64,000 nt of DNA from an uncultured bacterium (GCA_963732385.1 CAVSZB010000005.1:236790-300789); one strand, 5' to 3'; counted from the first letter of the stretch, positions 52,168 through 62,052 are shown. Notes: generated by a model from the letters alone, not told the origin. Numbers and translations: made by a program.

Positions 52168-53970
52168 ATGTGCATGTCCTGCTTAAGGTTCGGGCGCCTG
52201 GCGCCCCCGTCGGCCGCCTTCCGGATCGCGCTCGTGTTCGTGGCTCTCGCCGCTTTGACGTTCGCCCCGGCCGGGACTGCGGCCGCTCCGCCGCCGGGAT
52301 ATTATGACGCGGTGATCACCGACACCCCCCTGCTGCTGCGCACGACCCTGCACGAGGTGATCGACGACAACCTCAAGATCCCCTACACGTCTTTGAGCAC
52401 GGACACCTGGAACGTCCTCGAGCTGGCCGACCAGGACCCGAACAACTCCGCCAACATCCTCGATCTCTACCGCAACCGCAGCTACGTCAAGTTCGGCGGC
52501 GGCACCGGCCCCTACAACCGCGAGCACAGCTGGCCCAACAGCTATGGCTTTCCGGACGACGGCGCCACCAACTACCCGTACACCGACTGCCATCACCTGT
52601 TCCTCTGCGATGTCGGCTACAACGGCGATCGGGGCAACAAGCCGTTCGGCGCCTGCGCCCCCGGTTCGACGGAGCGCGTCACCGACTACAATGACGGCAT
52701 GGGGGGCGGCTCCGGCGTGTTCCCGGGCAATTCCAACTGGTACAACGCCACCCTCTGGCAGACCTGGAACGGCCGGCAGGGCGACGTCGCGCGCGCCATG
52801 TTCTACATGGACGTGCGCTACGAGGGGGGCACGCACTCCGTCACGGGCGTCGCGGAGCCGAACCTGATCCTCACCGACAACACCTCCCTGATCGTGACCA
52901 CCGGCAGCAACGCGTCGGTCGCCTACATGGGACTGCTGTCGGTCCTGCTGCAATGGAGCGCCGCCGACCCGGTCGACGACCGCGAGCGGGACCGCAACGA
53001 CGCGGTCTACAGCTTCCAGGGGAACCGCAACCCGTTCATCGACCATCCGGAATGGGTGAACGCCATCTTCCTGCCGAGCACCGGGCCGACGATCACTTCG
53101 ATCCCCGACGTGCCGGCCGACCAGGGCGGCCAGCTCCAGGTCAACTGGCAGCGCAATTCCCTCGACGCCGCCGGCTCCCTGGTGCCGATCACGCAGTACA
53201 TCGTCCAGCGGTTCGCGAGCACGTGGGTCGATGTCGCGGTCCAGCCGGCCACCACCTCCGCCACGTATTCCCTGGTCGTCCCCACGAACGACATCGCCTC
53301 GCCGGCCACGCCGCAGCCATGGTCACAGTATCGCGTCGCGGCGGTCGAGACCGGCGGTCTCGTGCATCTTTCCCCGGTGATCAGCGCCTACTCGATCGAC
53401 AACCTGGCCCCACCGACGCCGGTGGTGTCGCTCGACCAGAGCGGTGTCCCCTGGGTGATCTCGTGGGCCATCCCGGAGATTCCCGATTTCAACGCGGCCT
53501 GCGTCTACCGGGGGGACGTGACCGGTTTCGAGCCAACGACGCCGCTGCAGTGCGACGCCGGCACCTCCTGGCTCGAGTACGACACCACGACGCACTATTA
53601 CGTGGTGCAGTTCTCCGACACCCACGGCAACCTGAGCGACTTCAGCGCCGAAGTCTCTCCGGACGTGACGGACGTGCCGGACGCGGGCGTGCGTTTGACC
53701 GCGATCACGCGCGTCTATCCGAACCCGTTCAATCCGCTGACCCGCGTGGCGTTCTCGCTCGGCGAGCCGGGCCCTGTCCGCATCGACCTCTTCGCAGCCG
53801 ACGGGCGTTTGGTGCGCACACTGCTGGACGAGCCGCGCGGCGCCGGCGCGTTCGAGGTCGTCTGGGATGGCACGGACGGGCGGGGCGGCCCGTTGGCCAG
53901 CGGCCCTTATTTCCTGAGGCTGCAAAGCGGCGGCCAGGTCGACACGAGGAAAATGCTGCTTTTGAAGTGA
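52168..53970 (+). CDS. Secreted endonuclease I-family nuclease with a C-terminal FlgD-Ig/T9SS-like domain
   Basis: NREHSWPNSYG, TDCHHLFLCD and FQGNRNPFIDHPEW are endonuclease I motifs. The tail reads VYPNPFNPLTRVAFSLGEPGPVRIDLFAADGRLVRTL...GPYFLRL. Confidence 0.8.
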   Translation: MCMSCLRFGRLAPPSAAFRIALVFVALAALTFAPAGTAAAPPPGYYDAVITDTPLLLRTTLHEVIDDNLKIPYTSLSTDTWNVLELADQDPNNSANILDLYRNRSYVKFGGGTGPYNREHSWPNSYGFPDDGATNYPYTDCHHLFLCDVGYNGDRGNKPFGACAPGSTERVTDYNDGMGGGSGVFPGNSNWYNATLWQTWNGRQGDVARAMFYMDVRYEGGTHSVTGVAEPNLILTDNTSLIVTTGSNASVAYMGLLSVLLQWSAADPVDDRERDRNDAVYSFQGNRNPFIDHPEWVNAIFLPSTGPTITSIPDVPADQGGQLQVNWQRNSLDAAGSLVPITQYIVQRFASTWVDVAVQPATTSATYSLVVPTNDIASPATPQPWSQYRVAAVETGGLVHLSPVISAYSIDNLAPPTPVVSLDQSGVPWVISWAIPEIPDFNAACVYRGDVTGFEPTTPLQCDAGTSWLEYDTTTHYYVVQFSDTHGNLSDFSAEVSPDVTDVPDAGVRLTAITRVYPNPFNPLTRVAFSLGEPGPVRIDLFAADGRLVRTLLDEPRGAGAFEVVWDGTDGRGGPLASGPYFLRLQSGGQVDTRKMLLLK

Positions 53971-54059
53971 CCAGGCCCGGATCTGTTCGCGATTCTGACT
54001 TCGTGGTAGGGTGACCGGCACGCGTTCGGGCCAACCTTTCCACGCCACGAAGGATCGTC

Positions 54060-56744
54060 ATGAATCGCCAACTCCGACTGCTCGTCGTGTTCCTCGCGCT
54101 TTCGGCCCTGACCACCGCCGCCACCGCCGAGATCCCGGCCATCACGGCCGCGGCCGTGTCGGCCGGCGCGGCGCCCCCGCCGACGCCGGAGGCGCACTTC
54201 GCGTTCCGTCCGGGCGCCGACGGGCAGCTCATCGACTACGAGCAGCTCATCGATTACCTCAGGATCCTCGACGCGGCCTCGACGCGGCTGGAACTGCGCG
54301 AGATCGGGGTCTCCCCGCTCGGCAGGCCGATGTATGTGGCCTTCATCTCGAGCGAACAGAACATCCGGCGCCTGGACGAGCTGCGCGAAATCAACCGCCG
54401 CCTCGCGCTCGACCCGGCGATCCCCGACCCGGAACGCGACGGGCTGATCGCGCGCGGGCGCGTGTTCCTCATGGCGACGCTCTCCATGCACGCCGGGGAA
54501 CTCGCGCCATGCCAGGCCCTGCCGATCTATGCCCACGAACTGGTCACGAGCGTCGACCCCGCGATCATGCGCCAGCTCGACGACGCGGTGTGGATGGTGG
54601 TCCCCGCCCACAACCCCGACGGACTCGACATGGTGGTGGAGAACTACCGCAAGTACCGCGGCACGGCGTGGGACGGGGCGTCGCTGCCGGCCGTCTACCA
54701 TCGCTATGTCGGCCACGACAACAACCGCGATTTCGTGACCCTCACCCAGACGGACACCCGCGCCGTTTCGCGCCTGTTCTCGACCGAGTGGTTCCCCCAG
54801 GTGCTGGTGGAGAAGCACGGCATGGGCGTTTCGGGCCCCCGCTTCTACTGTCCGCCCAGCAACGACCCGATCGCCGAGAACATCGAGGCCGGCATCTGGA
54901 ACTGGGTCGCGGTCTTCGGGACCAACCTGGCGCGCGACATGTCCCAGGACGGTCTCGCGGGCGTGGCCCAGCACTGGGCGTTCGACGAGTACTGGCCCGG
55001 ATCCACCGAGACCTCGCTTTGGAAGAACGTGGTTTCGCTGCTGACCGAGAACGCCGGCACCAACGGCGCCTCGCCGCTCTACGTGGAGCCGACGGAGCTG
55101 AACGCCGACGACAAGGGTCTGGCCGAGTACAAGAAGAGCGTCAACCTGCCGGACCCCTGGCCGGGCGGCTGGTGGCGGCTCGGCGACGCAGTGACCTACG
55201 AACTGTCCTCTTTCCGCTCCCTGCTGCGCACCGCCGGCGCGAACCGCGCCGAACTGCTGCGCCTGCGCAATGACCTCTGCCGACGCGAGGTGGCGCGCGG
55301 CCTCAGCCAGGCGCCCTTCTACTTCGTGCTGCCGCCCGAACAGCGCTCGCGCGGAGAGTGGGTGCAACTCGTCGATCTGCTCCAGGAGCACGGCGTGCGG
55401 CTGTTCACGCTGCCACGGGAGGTCGAGTCCGGCGGACGTCGTTTCACGGCCGGCTCGGTGATCGTGCCGCTCGCCCAGTCCTACCGCCCGTTCATCAAGG
55501 AGGTGCTGGAGCGGCAGAGTTATCCCGTGCGGCACTACACGCCGGGCGGCGAGATGATCCGCCCCTACGACATCACGAGCTGGTCGCTGCCGCTCCACCG
55601 CGGCGTGACGGCGGAGCAGGTCGATGTGCGGGCGCCGGAGCTGGAGGCGGCGTGGCAGCCGCTCGAGAGCGCCTTCGCCCTGCCCGCCCCTGCCACCGGC
55701 GTGTCCGCGAAGAGCTGGGGCGTCGCCTTTGCGGCCAACGAGAATGAGGCCTTCCACGCCGGTTTCCTGGCTTTGAAAGCCGGCCTGCCGGTGCTGCGCA
55801 CCACAGAGGCGACAACGGTCGACGGCACGAGCCTGCCCGCCGGCAGTTTCGTGATCCGCGCCGGCGCCGGACCCACCCTCGCTGCGCTGCTGAACGCCCT
55901 GATCGTGCCGCCGCTGGTGCTCGCCACCGAGCCGGCGGTTGCGATGAGTCCGCTCGGCGCGCCGCGCATCGCCCTCGTCGAGACCGCCTTCCACGACATG
56001 GACGCCGGCTGGACGCGCTTCCTTTTGGATTCCTACGGCGTCCCGTTCACGGTCGTGCGTCCCGGCGAGATCCCGACCCGCGATCTCGCCCGGTACTTCG
56101 ACGTGATCGTCTTTCCGAACAGCCAGAAGGAGGAGTTGCTGCATGGGCGCTTCAAGTCCGAAGACACCGCCTATGTGGCCGACGACATCCCGCCGGAGTT
56201 CCGCAAGGGCCTGGGCGCGAAGGGGATGGAAAAGCTGATGGCCTTTGCCGACCAGGGAGGCATCATCCTGGCGTGGGGCGAGGCCTGCGAGCTCTTCCTC
56301 GGCGTGCAGGAGATCAGGCGCGGCAAGGACGAGGTGGAGGAGTTCAGGCTGCCGGTGAATGACGTCAGCGCCAGGCTGGCCAAACAGGGGCTCTCGGTTC
56401 CCGGCGCCTGGCTGCGCGCCCGGGTGACGCAGGACAGTCCGCTGACGTGGGGCATGCCTGAGGAGGCCGGCTTCTTCTCCCGCGGGAAACCGGTCTTGCG
56501 CACCTCACAACCGGGCCTCGACATCGACCGCCGCGTGCTCGTATTTCACCCCGAGAAGGACATCCTGATGTCGGGCTTCGCCGAGGGCGAAAAGCTGCTC
56601 GGCAACACCGCCGCCGGGGTCTGGGCGCGCAAAGGGAAGGGGCAGTTCGTCCTTTACGCCTTCTCTCCGCAGTTCCGCGGCTCGACGCCGGTGACCTACA
56701 AACTGCTGTTCAACGCGCTGCTGCTGCCCCGGCTCACGCGGTAG
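54060..56744 (+). CDS. Secreted M14-family zinc carboxypeptidase with a long C-terminal extension
   Basis: Signal peptide MNRQLRLLVVFLALSALTTAATA. M14 motifs are MHAGELA (HxxE), AHNPDG, and VLVEKHGMG as the third-ligand region. A ~500-aa C-terminal region includes a GATase1/ThuA-like stretch (FDVIVFPN...GGIILAWGEA). Confidence 0.75.
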   Translation: MNRQLRLLVVFLALSALTTAATAEIPAITAAAVSAGAAPPPTPEAHFAFRPGADGQLIDYEQLIDYLRILDAASTRLELREIGVSPLGRPMYVAFISSEQNIRRLDELREINRRLALDPAIPDPERDGLIARGRVFLMATLSMHAGELAPCQALPIYAHELVTSVDPAIMRQLDDAVWMVVPAHNPDGLDMVVENYRKYRGTAWDGASLPAVYHRYVGHDNNRDFVTLTQTDTRAVSRLFSTEWFPQVLVEKHGMGVSGPRFYCPPSNDPIAENIEAGIWNWVAVFGTNLARDMSQDGLAGVAQHWAFDEYWPGSTETSLWKNVVSLLTENAGTNGASPLYVEPTELNADDKGLAEYKKSVNLPDPWPGGWWRLGDAVTYELSSFRSLLRTAGANRAELLRLRNDLCRREVARGLSQAPFYFVLPPEQRSRGEWVQLVDLLQEHGVRLFTLPREVESGGRRFTAGSVIVPLAQSYRPFIKEVLERQSYPVRHYTPGGEMIRPYDITSWSLPLHRGVTAEQVDVRAPELEAAWQPLESAFALPAPATGVSAKSWGVAFAANENEAFHAGFLALKAGLPVLRTTEATTVDGTSLPAGSFVIRAGAGPTLAALLNALIVPPLVLATEPAVAMSPLGAPRIALVETAFHDMDAGWTRFLLDSYGVPFTVVRPGEIPTRDLARYFDVIVFPNSQKEELLHGRFKSEDTAYVADDIPPEFRKGLGAKGMEKLMAFADQGGIILAWGEACELFLGVQEIRRGKDEVEEFRLPVNDVSARLAKQGLSVPGAWLRARVTQDSPLTWGMPEEAGFFSRGKPVLRTSQPGLDIDRRVLVFHPEKDILMSGFAEGEKLLGNTAAGVWARKGKGQFVLYAFSPQFRGSTPVTYKLLFNALLLPRLTR

Positions 56745-56797
56745 AGCCGGGCCAGCCCCAGGCCCGAGCGAAGGCATATCCCATCTGCCGTGGGTCG

Positions 56798-58024
56798 ATG
56801 GGCCTGCCGCCGGAAGGGGGCGTCGTGCGCAGGATCGTGGGGTTGACGCTGCTGCTGGTGGGGGGCCTGCTCGCGGGCGAGGGGGCGGTGCGCTACTTCC
56901 AGGCCGCCGTGCCGGCGCCGCTGGACACCCCCTACCTGCCGGACGCGGCGGCCGGTTACCGGCTGCGCCCGAGCGGGCCGACGGACGATCCGGCGGCGGA
57001 CGACCACGTCAACACGCTCGGCTTCCGCGACCGCGAGCATCCCCCGGTCAAGCCGGCCGGGACACGGCGGGTGCTGGGGGTTGGCGACTCGTTCGTATAC
57101 GGCGCGGTGCCGCCACGCGAAAACTTCCTGGAGGTCGCGGCGCGGGAGCTGTCGACCGCGCCGGACACGTTGGCGCCGGTGGAGATGGTCCTGATGGGCT
57201 GTCCCGGCTGGAACACCGAGCAGGAGGTCGGCATCGTCCACGAACTCGGGCCGAAGCTGGCGCCCGACCTGATCGTGCTCTGCTTCTCGGTCGACACCGA
57301 CGTGACCGGCATCCCGGTGCGCGGCCGGATCATCCAGGGCAACCTGCTCTACGTCGGCGCGCAGACCCCCGGCCTGAACACGCTGCGGCGATCGCGGCTG
57401 TTCGTGCTCGGCGAGCAGGTCTACCTGCGACGGTTGACGGCGACGGCGCGACGCTTCGCGCGGGCGCTGACCGGACGGCGGGCACCGGCGGACGCGCCGG
57501 CCGTCGCCGGAGCCGCCGACACCGCGTTCGTGCCGACGACCCGCCACTATCTCGGCCGCCAACTGCGCCTGCTGCCGCTGTTCGCGCCGAACCCCGATCC
57601 CCACACCGCGGAACTCTGGCGAGAGGCGGAGCGGCAGCTCGACCGGTTCGACGACGCCTGCCGTGCGGCGGGGGCCCCGTGGCTGATGATGGTGGCGCCG
57701 GCGGAGATCCAGGCCGACCCGAGGCTGCGCGACGTCGTGTTGGCGAGCGCGGATCGACCGTCCGGCACATTCGATTTCGACCTGCCGCAGCGTCGGCTCG
57801 CCGCCTGGGCCGGGGCGCACGGCGTGCCGCTGGTCGATCCGCTTGGGGTGCTGCGCGCCGCGCGCGGCCAGGGGCGCCTGTACGCGCCGAACAACAGCCA
57901 CTGGAACGCGCGCGGAAACGCCTTGGCGGGCCGGCTGCTGGCGACAGCGCTCGCGTCGCGCCTCGCGGGGGAGCCGGAAACCGCGCCACCGTCCTCGTCG
58001 ACGCCTAGAACTGGAAGTAGATGA
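56798..58024 (+). CDS. Membrane-anchored SGNH hydrolase/acyltransferase, AlgJ/AlgX/PatB-like
   Basis: An N-terminal TM segment is followed by VLGVGDSFVYG (GDS block) and NNSHWNARGNALAG (the DxHW-like block of AlgJ/X-type enzymes). It is convergent with the MBOAT gene and overlaps it by 20 nt. Confidence 0.65.
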   Translation: MGLPPEGGVVRRIVGLTLLLVGGLLAGEGAVRYFQAAVPAPLDTPYLPDAAAGYRLRPSGPTDDPAADDHVNTLGFRDREHPPVKPAGTRRVLGVGDSFVYGAVPPRENFLEVAARELSTAPDTLAPVEMVLMGCPGWNTEQEVGIVHELGPKLAPDLIVLCFSVDTDVTGIPVRGRIIQGNLLYVGAQTPGLNTLRRSRLFVLGEQVYLRRLTATARRFARALTGRRAPADAPAVAGAADTAFVPTTRHYLGRQLRLLPLFAPNPDPHTAELWREAERQLDRFDDACRAAGAPWLMMVAPAEIQADPRLRDVVLASADRPSGTFDFDLPQRRLAAWAGAHGVPLVDPLGVLRAARGQGRLYAPNNSHWNARGNALAGRLLATALASRLAGEPETAPPSSSTPRTGSR

Positions 58025-59468
58025 ACGGCGGGTTGGCGTAGAGCCGGAAGGCGGCCGCGGCGATCGTCACGGCCACCAGCAGTTGCGCCAGGACCAGCCG
58101 CGGCCACGGGCGCAGGTCGGCCAGCCAGTCGGGGCGGCCGGTCGCCGCCTGCGTGGCGTCGAGCGCCAGCGTCGCCGCGGCACCGACCAGCACGTGGAGC
58201 GGGAACGCGCCCCAGCCGGCCGCCGGGCGGACGATCCCCGCCAGCACCGCCCCCGCCACACCGAAGTCGGGCGCGCGGAACAGCACGAAAGCGGCCGCCA
58301 CGCCGTGGAAGACGAGCAGCGCGCGGGCGATCTGCGACAGGCGTGCCGGCCAGGCCGCCGGCCATGGCCGCGGCGCCCGTCCCCTTCCCGCCGCCAGCCG
58401 CCAGGCCAGCCACAGCCCGTGCAGCAGCCCCCAAGCCACGAACGTCCAGCGGGCGCCGTGCCACAGCCCGCACAGCGCCATGGTCGGCACGATCGCCAGC
58501 AGGTACGCCAGCGCCAGTTCGTGCGATTCCGCGCCGAGCCGCAATTGCTCCGTGAAACGGAGCGCCCGTCCCAGCAGCGGCGTGAAAAGATAGTCGCGGA
58601 TCCAGGTCGAGAGCGAGATGTGCCAGCGTTGCCAGAACTCGGCGGGAGAACGGCTCAGGTACGGAGCGCGGAAATTCTCCATCAGTTCAAAGCCGAGCAG
58701 GCGCGCGATGCCGCGGGCGATGTCGGAATAGCCGGCGAAGTCGCCGTAGATCTGCAGGGTGAACGCGTAGACCCCGGCCAGCAGCGATGCGCCTGTGGCT
58801 TCGCCCGGAGTGGCGAACGCGCGCTCGACGAACGGCGCCAGCGTGTCGGCGATCGCGATCTTGCGGAAGTACCCGATGACGATCAGCGCCAGGCCGGTCT
58901 CGACCTGACGACGCGTGACGCGCCGCGGCGCAGCCACCTGCGGCAGCAATCGTGACGCCCGCTCGATCGGTCCGGCCACCAGCTGCGGGAAGAACGCCAC
59001 GTAGAGGGCGAAGTCGGCCAGGTTGCGGGCCGGCGCGAGCCGCCGACGATAGACGTCGAGGGCGTAGCCAAGGGTCTGGAACGTGTAGAAGCTGATCCCG
59101 ACCGGCAGGGCGACGCGCAGGGTCGGCAAATCGGCCTGAAGTCCGCAGCGGTTCAGCAGCACGGCTGCCGAGCCGGCGAAGAAATCGAAATATTTGAAGA
59201 CGCCGAGCAGGCCGAGGTTTCCGGTCAGGCTGGCGGCCAGCAGGGCGCGACGACGCCCCGGCGCTGCGGTCGCGTCGAGCCCCCGCCCCACGCCGTAGTC
59301 GAGCAGGGTGGAAAACCACAACAGCGCGAGGAAGCGCCAGTCCCACCAGCCGTAGAAGAGGTAGCTGGCGAGCAGCAGGAAGCGGTTCTGGCTCCGGTGC
59401 GACAGGCGGGGGACGACCGCCAGCACCGCTGCCAAAAAGACGAGGAAGGGGAGCGAGTTGAACAACAC
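58005..59468 (-). CDS. MBOAT-family membrane O-acyltransferase (AlgI/DltB/PatA-like)
   Basis: LFNSLPFLVFLAAVL...LLLASYLFYGWWDWRFL...GISFYTFQ...FWQRWHISLSTWIRDYLF, with the conserved His region. The start is GTG 59468. Confidence 0.85.
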   Translation of the reverse strand: MLFNSLPFLVFLAAVLAVVPRLSHRSQNRFLLLASYLFYGWWDWRFLALLWFSTLLDYGVGRGLDATAAPGRRRALLAASLTGNLGLLGVFKYFDFFAGSAAVLLNRCGLQADLPTLRVALPVGISFYTFQTLGYALDVYRRRLAPARNLADFALYVAFFPQLVAGPIERASRLLPQVAAPRRVTRRQVETGLALIVIGYFRKIAIADTLAPFVERAFATPGEATGASLLAGVYAFTLQIYGDFAGYSDIARGIARLLGFELMENFRAPYLSRSPAEFWQRWHISLSTWIRDYLFTPLLGRALRFTEQLRLGAESHELALAYLLAIVPTMALCGLWHGARWTFVAWGLLHGLWLAWRLAAGRGRAPRPWPAAWPARLSQIARALLVFHGVAAAFVLFRAPDFGVAGAVLAGIVRPAAGWGAFPLHVLVGAAATLALDATQAATGRPDWLADLRPWPRLVLAQLLVAVTIAAAAFRLYANPPFIYFQF

Positions 59469-59492
59469 GTCCGGTGACCGCCCCTGGGAAGA

Positions 59493-61061
59493 TCAGCCCC
59501 GGAGACGCTTCGTGTAGATGATCCGGTCGTCGCCGATGGCGTAGTAGTCGGCGATGCACGCCGCCTCGTCATAACCGCAGCCGAGATAGAAGCCGCGCGT
59601 GGAGGTGTAGCCGGAACTGCCGGACGTTTCGATCACCGACAGGTTGCCGCCGCGCGCGAGAATCAGCGCCTCGCAATGGCGCACGAGCGCCTTGCCTGTA
59701 CCGCGCCCCTGGCGATCGGGCGCCACGCCGAGCCAGTAGATGTCCCAGGCGCCGAGGGTGCAGGGGGTAGGACCGGCGCAGACCCAGCCCGCCACCCCCG
59801 CCTCGTCTTCGGCCACGAACGACTGGTAGTGCCCGCCGGAGCCGGCCTCGAGCGCGTCGTCGAGCACCTCGGCGGCCACTTCCAGCTCGTCGGGCCGGAA
59901 AAAGCCGGTGGCGGCCAGCAGATCGAGCACCGGCTGGCGGTCGGCGGGGACGCTGTGGCGGATCGTGGCGCGCCGCGGGGCGGCGGCGTTGCGCGAGGCG
60001 CGCGCCGGAACGGCCGGCGGCGCACCGTCGGCCGGAGCCGGACGGCGCGCCGCGGCGTTGGCCACCAGGGCGCCGACGAACGTGGCGTAGCGCACCCCGC
60101 CCGCCTTCAGGGCGGCGGAAAATCCGGCGTCGGGCGAAATGTCGGGGTCGACGTTCACCTCGAGAATGAACGGGGCGCCGCGGCGCGAAAGGCGGAAATC
60201 CACGCGAGCATAGTCGCTGCAGCCACAGGCGTCCCAGGCGGCCCGGGCGAGCCGCGTCACCTGCGCGGCAAGCCGCGCCGGCAGGCGCGCCGGCAACACG
60301 CGACACAGACCGTGGTACTCCGGCGTGCCCGGCACCCATTTCGCCCGGTAGCCGACAAGGTGGGGCAGCTCGCGTCCGTAACCGCTGAAATCGATCTCGG
60401 CGATCGGCAGGACGGTCACCTCGGACCCGCGCTGCCACAGCCCGACGTTCAGTTCGCGCCCGTCGACGAACTGTTCCACCAGCGCCGGCTGGCCGAACTT
60501 CGCGTGGATTTCGGCCACGAGCCGCCGCAGGGTGACGCCCGGACCGGGGCAGAGCGAGTGCGTGTCGATCCCCTCGCTGGCGTCCGCCGAAACCGGTTTG
60601 ACGATCAGCGGCCCGCGCGGCAATCCCCGCGTCGGCACTTTCTCCCCCACGCGCACCAGCAGGCCGCCGGGGACCGGCAGCCCCGCGCCCTGCAGCACGG
60701 CCCGCGTGCGCCACTTGTCGAGCGTGAGGGCGGCGCACGGCGTGTCGCCGCCGGTGCACCCCTTGCCGTGCGCCGCGCAGAGTGCCGGCACCAGGAGCTC
60801 GGCGCCCGGCGCATCGCCGAGCGACTCGATCAGGTTGAATACGACCGGCTCGGGCGCGTGCGCGACCGCAGAAATGACTTCGGCGAGCGTGCGGACCGCC
60901 ACGACCCGATGCACGTGCCCCGCACGCGCCAGAGCCGCGGCCACCGCCTTCGCCTGGGAGAGGACCCCCGCGTCGCTCTCGGCACAGCTCGCGCCGGGGT
61001 ACAGGCCCGCGGCGGCCGGAGCGTTGTGCAGCACGAGGACGGACGGCTTTTCACGCGCCAT
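59493..61061 (-). CDS. Fusion protein: Ddl-type ATP-grasp ligase + C-terminal GNAT acetyltransferase
   Basis: The N-terminal ~330 aa have a D-Ala-D-Ala-ligase-like ATP-grasp layout (DKWRTRAVLQGAGLPVP...PLIVKP...VEQFVDGRELNV...RVDFRL...PFILEVNVDP). The C-terminal ~150 aa are GNAT (WLGVAPDRQGRGTGKALVRHCE). The ATG overlaps the upstream stop by 11 nt. Confidence 0.75.
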   Translation of the reverse strand: MAREKPSVLVLHNAPAAAGLYPGASCAESDAGVLSQAKAVAAALARAGHVHRVVAVRTLAEVISAVAHAPEPVVFNLIESLGDAPGAELLVPALCAAHGKGCTGGDTPCAALTLDKWRTRAVLQGAGLPVPGGLLVRVGEKVPTRGLPRGPLIVKPVSADASEGIDTHSLCPGPGVTLRRLVAEIHAKFGQPALVEQFVDGRELNVGLWQRGSEVTVLPIAEIDFSGYGRELPHLVGYRAKWVPGTPEYHGLCRVLPARLPARLAAQVTRLARAAWDACGCSDYARVDFRLSRRGAPFILEVNVDPDISPDAGFSAALKAGGVRYATFVGALVANAAARRPAPADGAPPAVPARASRNAAAPRRATIRHSVPADRQPVLDLLAATGFFRPDELEVAAEVLDDALEAGSGGHYQSFVAEDEAGVAGWVCAGPTPCTLGAWDIYWLGVAPDRQGRGTGKALVRHCEALILARGGNLSVIETSGSSGYTSTRGFYLGCGYDEAACIADYYAIGDDRIIYTKRLRG

Positions 61062-62052
61062 GCGGCTGCTCCAGACGCTCGCACGCGGCGGCGATGATGC
61101 CGCCGATCAGGTCGCGAAAGGCCATATCGGCGAAGCGCGCGATGATCGGCAGATCGGAGTGGTTGGCATTGAGGCCCGGCAGCGGATTGATCTCCATGAA
61201 GCTGGGCACGCCGCCGGCATCGAGACGGATGTCGACGCGGGCGCCGTCGCGGCACTCGAGCGCGAGGTACGACGCCACCGCCAGCGCCTCCACGCGTTCG
61301 CGCAGCGGTCCGGGCGCCAGTTCGTCGTAATCGACGACGTTCTCGTACTCGTGCTTGTTCTGGAACGAGTAGATGGCCCGCTCCACCGGACGACGGATCC
61401 GCACCTCCATGGTGCCGATCGCGCGGGCCCGCGGCCCGTTGCCGAGCAGGCCCACCGTGAATTCGCGTCCCGGAAGGTACTCCTCCACCAGCACCGGCTG
61501 GCGCAGCCGCGCCAGCAGGTCGCGGCAGACACGCGCCAGGTCGTCCGGGCCGGCCGCGTACGACGCTTCAGCGATCCCCTTGCCGGTCCCCTCGGCGATC
61601 GGCTTGGCGAACAGCGGATAGCGCAGCCGCGCCAGGGCGACGGCGCGCAGGTCGTCCTCGTCGCGCACGACGTGGAAGGCGGGCGTGGCCAGGCCGGCGT
61701 CGCGCACGAGGCGCTTCGTCACCGCCTTGTCGAGCGTGACGGCGCAGACCAGCGGATCGGAGAAGGTGTAACCGATGCCGTACAGCTCCAGCAGGGCCGG
61801 CACCTGAGCCTCGCGGCTGCGCCCGTCGAGACCCTCGGCGATGTTGAAAACGAGGTCCCACCGCTCGCCCGCGACGAGGCGCGCGCACAGCGCGCGGGCG
61901 TGTCCGATGCGGTCGGTGTCGTGCCCGAGCTCGCGGATCGCCCCCTCGAGCAGATCGATGGTTTCCTCGCTGTCGAACTCGGCCACCTCTTCGGCGGTGT
62001 GGCCGAGCGCGAGCCAGTCGGAGCAGAGGTCGTACGTCAATCCGATGCGCAT
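61051..62052 (-). CDS. Ddl-type ATP-grasp ligase (stand-alone)
   Basis: MRIGLTYDLCSDW...DKAVTKRLVRDAGLATP...PLFAKPIAEGTGKGI...VEEYLPGREFTVG...RVDIRLD...PSFMEINPLPGL. GGAGGAGGA RBS is present. The ATG at 62052 overlaps the kamA-like stop by 16 nt. Confidence 0.75.
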   Translation of the reverse strand: MRIGLTYDLCSDWLALGHTAEEVAEFDSEETIDLLEGAIRELGHDTDRIGHARALCARLVAGERWDLVFNIAEGLDGRSREAQVPALLELYGIGYTFSDPLVCAVTLDKAVTKRLVRDAGLATPAFHVVRDEDDLRAVALARLRYPLFAKPIAEGTGKGIAEASYAAGPDDLARVCRDLLARLRQPVLVEEYLPGREFTVGLLGNGPRARAIGTMEVRIRRPVERAIYSFQNKHEYENVVDYDELAPGPLRERVEALAVASYLALECRDGARVDIRLDAGGVPSFMEINPLPGLNANHSDLPIIARFADMAFRDLIGGIIAAACERLEQPHGA

